Made by a program: the position numbers and the translations under genes | Assembly: GCA_022448765.1 (NCBI GenBank) | Contig: JAKUTI010000001.1 | Span: 1 to 41,317, forward strand | Source of the DNA: Pseudomonadales bacterium | GTDB lineage: Bacteria; Pseudomonadota; Gammaproteobacteria; Pseudomonadales; Azotimanducaceae | Direction of reading: 5' to 3' | DNA length: 41,317 nucleotides | Shown: piece by piece, positions 15,545 through 23,230 of the stretch | Numbering within the stretch: position 1 is the first letter of the stretch | How the letters are laid out: each line of letters opens with the position of its first letter | Notes under the pieces: model-generated | Seen by the model: the letters and a program-made list of their open reading frames with translations, nothing else | Database searches by the model: none | Told to the model about the DNA's origin: nothing

Positions 15545-18121
15545 TTGGACCGAATTCTTGCGCGATGGGTCGGCATGGTCGCGTCATGGCCGCTGAGCAC
15601 GCTGCTCGTTATCGCCGTAATAACCACGTTGCTTGGCCAAGTATCCATTACTCGATTCGAGATGAATTCAAATCTGAGCGATCTCATCCGTCAGGACGCG
15701 CCCTGGCGAGACGATTTTGATTCGTTCAGATCTCGGTTCCCGCAACTGGTTGATACGGCGGTCGTGGTCGTCAGCGGGACCTCAATGCAAGGGGTAGAGA
15801 ACACCTCCAAAGCCATCCATCGGCGGCTTATGGCGCGTCCCGACATGTTCTCCGACGTGTACTCGCCCATGACGGATCCTTTTTTTCGAGACAACGCGTT
15901 CCTAATGATGGATTTTGATGCGTTGGAGTCGATGGTTGATCGATTGGCCGAAGCTCAACCCATGCTGACGCGCGTCGCTGAAGACCCCAGTCTGCGGTCC
16001 GTATTTTCCTTGGTCCGCGACGGTCTTGAAAATCAGGCAGAGACCGGTTTCGACCGGGTCCTACGGATCTTGGCAGATTCGGCAGAGTCCTTGCTTGCCG
16101 GCGATAACACGCCAGTGCGTTGGGCTGACGAGTTCTTTGATAGCGGCGAGAAGCGAATCGTCGGTGTGATTATTTTGCGCGGTAAAGTCGATTATTCCGA
16201 TGCGCTGCCGAACGCGTTCATCATGCAAAATCTCAGAGCCGAAATAGCGGCCAGTGCGATCCCTGACGATATCGACGTTGCGGTCACGGGAGAAATAGCG
16301 CTGTCTCATGAGGAAATCAAAGCGGCCCAAGACGGTGTACGTATCGCCGGTTTTATTTCCCTAGGCGTGTTACTCCTGGTTTTAGGCGTAGGCATTCGTT
16401 CGGTCCGTATTATCGGCGCGACGTTCGCCATGATCGGGATTGGCATTATCTGGACGACGGGATACGCGCTGCTCACGGTGGGCGAATTTAACACCATGTC
16501 GATTATTTTCTTGGTCATGTTCTTCGGACTTGGAGTCAGCTCGGCAGTTCACTTCTCGCTCCGTTTTCGTGAGGCAATGCATCGGGAGCACTTGGCCGTA
16601 AAACCAGCCCTTGAACGTGCTGGTGCAACCGTAGGTCGGGCGATCTTGTTGTGCGCCGTAACCACCGCGATTGGATTTATGGGGTTCGCGCCCACCGACT
16701 ATAAAGGGCTCGGCGATCTGGGGATCATTTCTGCTGGAGGCATGATCGTTGCCTTCATGCTCACCTTCACATTGTTGCCAGCAGTCTTTGTCTTGGTCGG
16801 AATGCCTGGACGAGCCCCAGATACGCAAGGTGCGAGCGGGGACCTCGTCATGAAATGGCTATCTGAACGGCGAACCCCAATCCTTGCCGGGATTTCTCTC
16901 ATGACAATCGCTGCGGCCGGCGTCGGAACAAGGATGTACTTTGATTACAGCGTGCTCGCGTTGCGCGATCCCGACTCAGAATCGATGCGCACACTCGCGC
17001 TCCTACAAGAAGAAGAAATCGTCACGGACTACACCCTCTCAATCCTCACACAAGACGAAGAAGAAACGCGGAACCTTAATCGCCTTGTCGACCTACCGAC
17101 GGTTGGAAAAGTCACGACGCCATTTGATTACGTGCCAAAAGAACAAGACGATAAGCTCTTCCTGCTCGACGATGCGCAAGATTTCTTGTTTAGTGCGCTT
17201 GAACCTGGAATCAGTTTCGCGCCGCCCACTTCTTTGGAACTAGCAGACGGCTTTGCCTTGTTTAAGAAGGCTCTTCGAGAGAATTCGTTTACGGATGGTG
17301 ATTTGGAACAAGCTCGCGCTCGCCTGTTAGGGGCGGTTGCACGAATCGAACCGCTCCGGTTAGAGGAATGGCAATCGATGGTGATTAGCGGTTTAGTCCA
17401 GGAACTCCATTGGCTGCGTCGGGCGATCCGGGCTGACGAGATACAATTCGATGACTTACCCGCGAGTTTGCGAACAAGGCTCGTGAGCACGGACGGAGAC
17501 TACCTGTCCACGGCGATACCGGCACTCGACATCAGCGATGTCACAGAATTGTCGAGCTTTATCGAGGAGGTTCGCGCCGAGGTGCCGTTTGCCACGGGCC
17601 GACCCGTATTGGAATGGGGCGTCGGGAACGTGGTGGTCAATTCCTTCCTTTGGGCCTTGGTCTTTGCCGTTGTTGGCATCGGCACGGTACTTACCGTTTT
17701 TCTGCGGCGTGCGCTGACGCCGGTATTGGTCTTGATCCCGCTTGCGCTAACGGCCTTATTCACCGTTGCCGTCGCAGTATTGATCAATATGCCGTTGAAT
17801 ATGGCGAATATTCTCGTGATCCCGCTGATATTCGGTCTAGGGGTGGACAACGGGATCCATGTTGTCGAACGCTTTCGTCGGAGCGGTGCCGTTACGGAAT
17901 TGATGCATTCTAGTACGCCTCGTGCGGTCGTTCTGAGCACGCTTACCACCATCGGCACGTTTGCTGCGTTGACGATTTCACCTCATCAGGGAACGGCTTC
18001 GATCGGGTATTTATTGACGTTGGCCGTGTCGCTGTTGCTGTTGTTTACCCTATTTATCCTCCCGTTGTTGCTCACGTTTCAGGCGGGTGCAGCATCTGAT
18101 GAGACTTCGGCCACGCCTTAA
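15545..18121 (+). CDS. RND-superfamily transporter, MMPL/HpnN-like (858 aa)
   Basis: Two repeats of TM, large periplasmic loop, then a 5-TM bundle. The TM4-like segment reads GLGVSSAVHF (16526-16555) and the TM10-like segment reads FGLGVDNGIH (17831-17860). The TTG start lies 6 nt after the MlaA-like stop. Confidence 0.85.
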   Translation: MDRILARWVGMVASWPLSTLLVIAVITTLLGQVSITRFEMNSNLSDLIRQDAPWRDDFDSFRSRFPQLVDTAVVVVSGTSMQGVENTSKAIHRRLMARPDMFSDVYSPMTDPFFRDNAFLMMDFDALESMVDRLAEAQPMLTRVAEDPSLRSVFSLVRDGLENQAETGFDRVLRILADSAESLLAGDNTPVRWADEFFDSGEKRIVGVIILRGKVDYSDALPNAFIMQNLRAEIAASAIPDDIDVAVTGEIALSHEEIKAAQDGVRIAGFISLGVLLLVLGVGIRSVRIIGATFAMIGIGIIWTTGYALLTVGEFNTMSIIFLVMFFGLGVSSAVHFSLRFREAMHREHLAVKPALERAGATVGRAILLCAVTTAIGFMGFAPTDYKGLGDLGIISAGGMIVAFMLTFTLLPAVFVLVGMPGRAPDTQGASGDLVMKWLSERRTPILAGISLMTIAAAGVGTRMYFDYSVLALRDPDSESMRTLALLQEEEIVTDYTLSILTQDEEETRNLNRLVDLPTVGKVTTPFDYVPKEQDDKLFLLDDAQDFLFSALEPGISFAPPTSLELADGFALFKKALRENSFTDGDLEQARARLLGAVARIEPLRLEEWQSMVISGLVQELHWLRRAIRADEIQFDDLPASLRTRLVSTDGDYLSTAIPALDISDVTELSSFIEEVRAEVPFATGRPVLEWGVGNVVVNSFLWALVFAVVGIGTVLTVFLRRALTPVLVLIPLALTALFTVAVAVLINMPLNMANILVIPLIFGLGVDNGIHVVERFRRSGAVTELMHSSTPRAVVLSTLTTIGTFAALTISPHQGTASIGYLLTLAVSLLLLFTLFILPLLLTFQAGAASDETSATP

Positions 18122-18169
18122 TCGATGGGCGTTGAAGAAGCCGCGTAATTTGTCGAGGAGTTTAGACGG

Positions 18170-18574
18170 GTGAATGTTGAGCTCGAAATACTTGTTGAGA
18201 GAGCTGGTTTGTACGACGTTACTGAGCAAGTCAGCGAGATCGTATCGGGAAGCGGGATCAACGAGGGACTTGTGACGGTATTCATACAACACACGTCCGC
18301 TAGCCTCGTCATACAAGAGAACGCAGATCCGAGTGTTCTCGCTGACTTGCAAGCGTGGATGGACCGATCGGTTCCTCAAGACTCGCAGCTATATGCGCAC
18401 CGGGCCGAGGGTCCAGATGACATGCCCGCGCACATCCGAGCTGCGATCACGGCCTCACATGTCACCATTCCAGTGATGGATGGCCGCATGGCACTCGGTA
18501 CATGGCAGGGAATTTTCCTTTGGGAGCATCGACGTGGTCCAAAAGAACGGTGCGTGATCGTCAGCGTGCATTAA
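18170..18574 (+). CDS. yjbQ: YjbQ/UPF0047-family protein (secondary thiamine-phosphate synthase-type)
   Basis: 134 aa with VTVFIQHTSASLVIQENADPSV, GPDDMPAHIRAAITASHVTIPV and GRMALGTWQGIFLWEHR, which are characteristic of YjbQ. Confidence 0.85.
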   Translation: MNVELEILVERAGLYDVTEQVSEIVSGSGINEGLVTVFIQHTSASLVIQENADPSVLADLQAWMDRSVPQDSQLYAHRAEGPDDMPAHIRAAITASHVTIPVMDGRMALGTWQGIFLWEHRRGPKERCVIVSVH

Positions 18575-18581
18575 ACCCTTG

Positions 18582-18977
18582 TCAGCGGTCGCGAAACTCG
18601 CTCATCCATTTGCGGTGGCCGTCCGGGTCGAGAATCATCGACGCAAAGTAGGTGAGTAGATCCCTGTGAGACTTCGTTAGCTTGGCTTTATCCATAGCGG
18701 TTTCGCCGGGGCGGCTCGCAATGAATCGAAACGACTCAGTAATGGCTTCGGGTTCGCCGAGAATAGTAAAGGCTACTTCGTTGATGACACTGTGTGCCGT
18801 TTCGAGGTCGGTTTCGGTCAGTTGCGCCTCTTCGGGATCCATGACTAGGTTGGCCCAGAACGTTGTCAAGTACAGACGGTAAGTCTCTTTGTCCACAAAC
18901 GTGTCGGTGACGGCAGATCGTTTTTCGATCTGCGACATGATGGGCTCGAGTGTCTCAGTAATTTTGCTACGGTTCAT
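18582..18977 (-). CDS. Hypothetical acidic, probably all-helical cytoplasmic protein
   Basis: 131-aa ORF with coding-like composition and no signal peptide or TM segment. I recognise no motif. It lies between the convergent yjbQ and the divergent acyl-CoA dehydrogenase genes. Confidence 0.5.
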   Translation of the reverse strand: MNRSKITETLEPIMSQIEKRSAVTDTFVDKETYRLYLTTFWANLVMDPEEAQLTETDLETAHSVINEVAFTILGEPEAITESFRFIASRPGETAMDKAKLTKSHRDLLTYFASMILDPDGHRKWMSEFRDR

Positions 18978-19139
18978 CGTGCGAATGTTCGATTGGTGCT
19001 GGGACGTCGCAAAGAATGATCTCTTGGGGATCCAGTTAGGCCGGAATCATAACGTCCCCTCGGATTGCAATGCCATGGTCGAGCCTATAGGTTCGATAGT
19101 TCAGGCGGTTCTTCCGGCCAAGGGCCTTCGAGTACGAAC

Positions 19140-20279
19140 ATGTTTTCAGGACTTAATTTCGAACCCGCTCAATTACCGACGGAAGCGGAAGCACTACGTA
19201 CAGGTGTCCGAGAATTTATTGCTCGCGAAATTCCCTCCGACTATCTGCCTAACTCGGACTTTAACGAGGGCCATGTTGCGGCGTTTTCGCGCAAGCTTGG
19301 TGAGCAAGGCTGGATTGGGATGACTTGGCCCAAGCAATACGGTGGTGCGGACCGTAGTTTTTTTGAACGATACGTCGTCACCGAAGAACTGCTCGCAGCT
19401 GGAGCCCCGGTAAGCGCCCACTGGATCGCCGATCGTCAGAGCGGCCCGTTGCTTCTGCGGTACGGAACCGAGGCGCAGAAACGAAAATATTTACCTCCCA
19501 TCACCCGTGGGGAATCTTATTTTTCGATTGGCATGAGCGAGCCAAATTCCGGATCGGACCTAGCATCCGTGCAAACGAGAGCGAGCGAGGTGGACGGCGG
19601 ATGGGTGGTTAATGGAACGAAATTGTGGTCGACGGACGCACATCGCAACCACTACATGGTTGCGTTGGTCCGTACCGGACCGCCTGGCGAAAGTCGCCAC
19701 GAAGGTTTATCGCAGTTTCTCGTCGATTTGCATGGCGATGGCGTCACGGTTAGACCGATCAAGAATATCGCCGGTGGAGAGGACTTTAACGAGGTTGTCT
19801 TTGAGGATTGTTTTGTGACTGCGGAGCATCTTGTCGGCACGGTTGGCAACGGCTGGGAGCAGGTGACGAGTGAGCTAGGCTACGAGAGGAGCGGCCCAGA
19901 GCGATTCCTTTCGGCGTTCCGTGTATTCGTTGAATTTGTCCGCCACGTAGATTCCAACCCATCCGACGAAGACTCAGCCCACATTGGGCGGTTGGCGAGT
20001 CACATCATGACGTTACGTCAGATGTCGATTTCGGTAGCCGCCATGTTGCAAGCGGGAAAAAATCCGGCGACCGAGGCTGCCCTCGTGAAGTCCCTCGGCA
20101 ACGATTTTGAAAAAGCACTGCCAGAATTGATTCGTCTTGCAACACCACGTCTTGGGCCGAAACACCCACTGCGGTGCAGTCTAGAACAGACCCTATTGCA
20201 CTCACCTTCCTTTACGATTCGAGGGGGTACTCGTGAGATCTTACGCGGGGTTATCGCCCGCGGCCTGGGTCTTCGATGA
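19140..20279 (+). CDS. Acyl-CoA dehydrogenase (large/alpha-type subunit of a probable heteromeric pair)
   Basis: ACAD blocks YFSIGMSEPNSGSDLASV, GTKLWSTDAH and C-terminal FTIRGGTREILRGVIARGLGL. ATG 19140 was chosen; track start 19065 adds a Gly/Ser-rich non-conserved extension. Confidence 0.85.
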   Translation: MFSGLNFEPAQLPTEAEALRTGVREFIAREIPSDYLPNSDFNEGHVAAFSRKLGEQGWIGMTWPKQYGGADRSFFERYVVTEELLAAGAPVSAHWIADRQSGPLLLRYGTEAQKRKYLPPITRGESYFSIGMSEPNSGSDLASVQTRASEVDGGWVVNGTKLWSTDAHRNHYMVALVRTGPPGESRHEGLSQFLVDLHGDGVTVRPIKNIAGGEDFNEVVFEDCFVTAEHLVGTVGNGWEQVTSELGYERSGPERFLSAFRVFVEFVRHVDSNPSDEDSAHIGRLASHIMTLRQMSISVAAMLQAGKNPATEAALVKSLGNDFEKALPELIRLATPRLGPKHPLRCSLEQTLLHSPSFTIRGGTREILRGVIARGLGLR

Positions 20280-21211
20280 TGCACGACCTGATATTGGATA
20301 CGGCGGAACGGGTGTTTACCGATCATTGCAATAAGGCAGTACGCGACAAGGCTGAATCGGGACCCGGGGAGGATCAGAAAGCTCTGTTTCCAGAAGATCT
20401 GTGGGCCGTCGTAAAAGAAGCCGGTTTACACCAAGTCGGGGGCAAGGATTCCGGCAGCACACTGGCTGATGTGTTTCGCGTGATCCGATTGGCGGGAAAA
20501 TTTGCCCTACCAATGCCGTTCGCTGAAATCCTTGTGAGCAATCGTTTTTTTCAAGGCGAGGGGTTAACCACAGTGGCCGAGGGTCTGGTCGCTCCTTGGG
20601 CCCGTCGCGCTGCGCGTGTCATTACGGATGATGGACAACTGGTGGCTGAATTCGATGTCGTGCAAGGTTCGAATCTTGCTGGCGAGCCGAGGGACGAGAT
20701 CGTTTTCGAAGAATTCGAATCGATCGAGTTACCGCCGAATTTTCGGGCGATTATGGCGATGACCAGAGTCTCATCGATGTGCGGGGGACTCGAAAAATTG
20801 CTTGAGTTAACCATCGACTACGTTGGTGAGCGGAAACAATTTGGCCGTCCCATTTCGGGGTTTCAGGCCGTTCAACATAACGTTGCTCGGATGGCGGGTG
20901 AAGTCGCCGCGTCGATCCGTGCTAGCGATGCTGCCATAGAAGCGATGGACACGAACCGGTTCGTTCTGCAAGTAGCGGCGGCCAAAGCGCGAGTTGGTGA
21001 AGCGGCTGGGATTGTCGCTGAAATTGCGCATCAGGCTCACGGCGCGATGGGCTTCACGCATGAGCATGAACTGCATCAATACACTCGTCGACTGTGGGCT
21101 TGGCGAGACGAGTACGGTCATGAGACCGAGTGGCAGCAACTAATAGGTCGCCAGGTTGCAGCGGTGGGAGCGGAACGCGCATGGGCGTTAATTTCTGACT
21201 GTGCAAGCTAG
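20276..21211 (+). CDS. Acyl-CoA dehydrogenase family protein, shortened (beta-type subunit candidate)
   Basis: 311 aa. The ACAD C-terminal helical domain is recognisable (YVGERKQFGRPISGFQAVQHNVARMAGEV; IAHQAHGAMGFTHEHELHQYTRRLWAWR), but the N-terminal and middle parts are reduced. The ATG overlaps the upstream stop (ATGA). Confidence 0.8.
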   Translation: MMHDLILDTAERVFTDHCNKAVRDKAESGPGEDQKALFPEDLWAVVKEAGLHQVGGKDSGSTLADVFRVIRLAGKFALPMPFAEILVSNRFFQGEGLTTVAEGLVAPWARRAARVITDDGQLVAEFDVVQGSNLAGEPRDEIVFEEFESIELPPNFRAIMAMTRVSSMCGGLEKLLELTIDYVGERKQFGRPISGFQAVQHNVARMAGEVAASIRASDAAIEAMDTNRFVLQVAAAKARVGEAAGIVAEIAHQAHGAMGFTHEHELHQYTRRLWAWRDEYGHETEWQQLIGRQVAAVGAERAWALISDCAS

Positions 21212-21316
21212 TCAGAGAATGCCGCGATTGCTAGCCGAAGAGCCTGGGCGAGCCGATCAACGGGATTTGATTATTGCTCTAAATGCGAGCTTTGGGGAAA
21301 GGTTTTTGGGTTGGAA

Positions 21317-23230
21317 CTATGCGGGAGAGGGTTCCCCTACTTCGTCTCCATCGTCGGAGAGTCTCGAAGACCAATCCCGAGTCGCCTCTTGGAGGCTTTG
21401 TTGGTAATAGAGCTTGGCGTAATGGCCGCCACGCGCGATGAGTTCGGCGTGATCGCCAATCTCTGAAATTTGTCCATCGATGAGAACGACTATCCGATCT
21501 GCATTCCGAATCGTCGACAACCGATGCGCGACGACGAAACTGATGCGGCCCGTTAAGACCCGGCTGAGGCTGCGTTGGATCTTAGCCTCGGTGACCGTGT
21601 CGACTGAGCTGGTTGCTTCGTCCATCACTAATATCTGCGGGTCCGCAAGAATCGCCCGCGCGAACGAGACGAGCTGTTTTTGGCCCGCGGATAACATATC
21701 GCCGTCTTCTCCGACGTCGGTCCGGTAGCCGCTCTCGAGCGCATTGATGAAGTGGTGGGCACCAACGGTTTCCGCCGCTCGGATCACGTCGTTATCGGAA
21801 GCAGTTAAACGGCCATAGCGAATGTTTTCTAGGACGGTTCCTCGAAAGACGTGCGCATTCTGGAGTACGACGCCGAGGTTGGACTGGAGCCAGTGAAGAC
21901 TGCGATTGCGGTAATCGATACTGTCGATGAAAACGTGTCCTGATGTCGGTTGGTAAAAGCGGCAGATGAGGTTAACGAGCGTGCTTTTCCCGCTACCGGT
22001 AGGGCCGACGATGGCGATGGTTTCACCTTTACGCGCAGTCAGGTTGATGTCGCGGAGGACGGGGACCGCGGTGTCGTAGGCGAAGTTGACGTTTACTAGC
22101 TCGACTTCGTGAATATCCACGGACCCACCGTCTGGAGCTCGGGTTTCGCGTTGAGGTGTAGACCGATGGATACGCACGGCGTTGGATACAGAATCTGAGT
22201 CTTTAATCTCGGGTTCAGCATCAATGAGACTTAAGACTCTTTCGGCCGACGCTTGTGCCATCTGCATTTCTGCGAACCAGTACCCCATTACCTCCACAGG
22301 GTCGAAGAAATGTCGAGCCAACATCATGAAAGCCACTAACGTCCCGGCCTCGACAATGCCAACCATCATGTCCGATCCGCCGACCGCGAGTGTGAGTCCA
22401 ACCGCCAGGCTGCTCATTATTAGAATGATTGGAATATAAATTGCCGACAGGGTGAGGTTTCGGACAGATGCGATGTACATGTCACCTGTCAGGTGGCGAA
22501 ATTCGCTTGCATTGGGCGCTTCTTTCGAGAACGTTTTGCTAGTGAGAACTCCCATAACGCCCTGCGTATATGCGCCTGTGATCCTCGAATTGGTACGGCG
22601 TACGGCACGCGCACTCCCGAGAATGGTTCGTTGGAATTTTATCGACACCCAAGCAAGGAAAGGGACGATGGCCAACACCAGCAGTGCTAATTTCCAGTTC
22701 ATCACAAGCATCGCAACGGTCATACCGAGCATGACCGCGCTACCCCAAATGAGATCGAGTAACCCCCACGCCAGAATATTCGTCAGGCGTTCACAGTCGG
22801 ATGTCATACGTGCCATTAACCAGCCGACGGGTCGATAGTCGAAAAATGAAAACGACAAATTCTGCAAGTTCGCGAATGCCGCTTTGCGGATGTCGTAACT
22901 CGCGTAGACGCGAATTTTCGACGTCATCCATATAAAACTACCAATGGAAACGGCCATCGCGAAACAGGTTCCGAGATAAATCATGGCCCAAAAAAACAGA
23001 TCGGCTTCTTGACCGTTTGCTTCGACATCGTCGATTAACCACTTGGTAATAAGGGGATACGCCATCTCCATAAGCGCAGTCACGCTTCCGGCGACCACCA
23101 TCACCCATAATTCGGCCTTGTAGGGGAGCGTAAAGGTGAACAAACGTCGCCAGAGACTGATTTGCATCGTGGCACTGGATCGTAGTTCGTCGAAGCCATC
23201 GTCATAATTCTCGTCGTCGTAGTTATCCAC
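21317..23230 (-). CDS. ABC exporter, fused TMD-NBD half-transporter (consensus-site subunit)
   Basis: Walker A GPTGSGKST, non-canonical signature LSAGQKQL, Walker B ILVMDEATSSVD with the catalytic Glu, H-loop VVAHRL. N-terminal 6-TM exporter domain. Confidence 0.9.
   Translation of the reverse strand: MDNYDDENYDDGFDELRSSATMQISLWRRLFTFTLPYKAELWVMVVAGSVTALMEMAYPLITKWLIDDVEANGQEADLFFWAMIYLGTCFAMAVSIGSFIWMTSKIRVYASYDIRKAAFANLQNLSFSFFDYRPVGWLMARMTSDCERLTNILAWGLLDLIWGSAVMLGMTVAMLVMNWKLALLVLAIVPFLAWVSIKFQRTILGSARAVRRTNSRITGAYTQGVMGVLTSKTFSKEAPNASEFRHLTGDMYIASVRNLTLSAIYIPIILIMSSLAVGLTLAVGGSDMMVGIVEAGTLVAFMMLARHFFDPVEVMGYWFAEMQMAQASAERVLSLIDAEPEIKDSDSVSNAVRIHRSTPQRETRAPDGGSVDIHEVELVNVNFAYDTAVPVLRDINLTARKGETIAIVGPTGSGKSTLVNLICRFYQPTSGHVFIDSIDYRNRSLHWLQSNLGVVLQNAHVFRGTVLENIRYGRLTASDNDVIRAAETVGAHHFINALESGYRTDVGEDGDMLSAGQKQLVSFARAILADPQILVMDEATSSVDTVTEAKIQRSLSRVLTGRISFVVAHRLSTIRNADRIVVLIDGQISEIGDHAELIARGGHYAKLYYQQSLQEATRDWSSRLSDDGDEVGEPSPA

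Noticed and set aside
14239-18121. Calling the RND/MlaC-like pair a hopanoid transporter (HpnN/HpnM)
   Set aside because: No squalene-hopene cyclase or other hpn biosynthetic genes occur in the window. The family resemblance alone does not identify the lipid, so I kept the call generic.
19085-19115. tRNA-like words (ggttcgatagttcagg) in the intergenic region upstream of the ACAD pair
   Set aside because: The T-loop-like and D-loop-like words are in the wrong order and spacing. I could fold no acceptor stem or cloverleaf, so this is not a tRNA.
19039-19119. 8-nt inverted repeat GGCCGGAA ... TTCCGGCC separated by 65 nt
   Set aside because: There is no extended pairing beyond the 8 nt and no downstream U-run, so it is compatible with chance.
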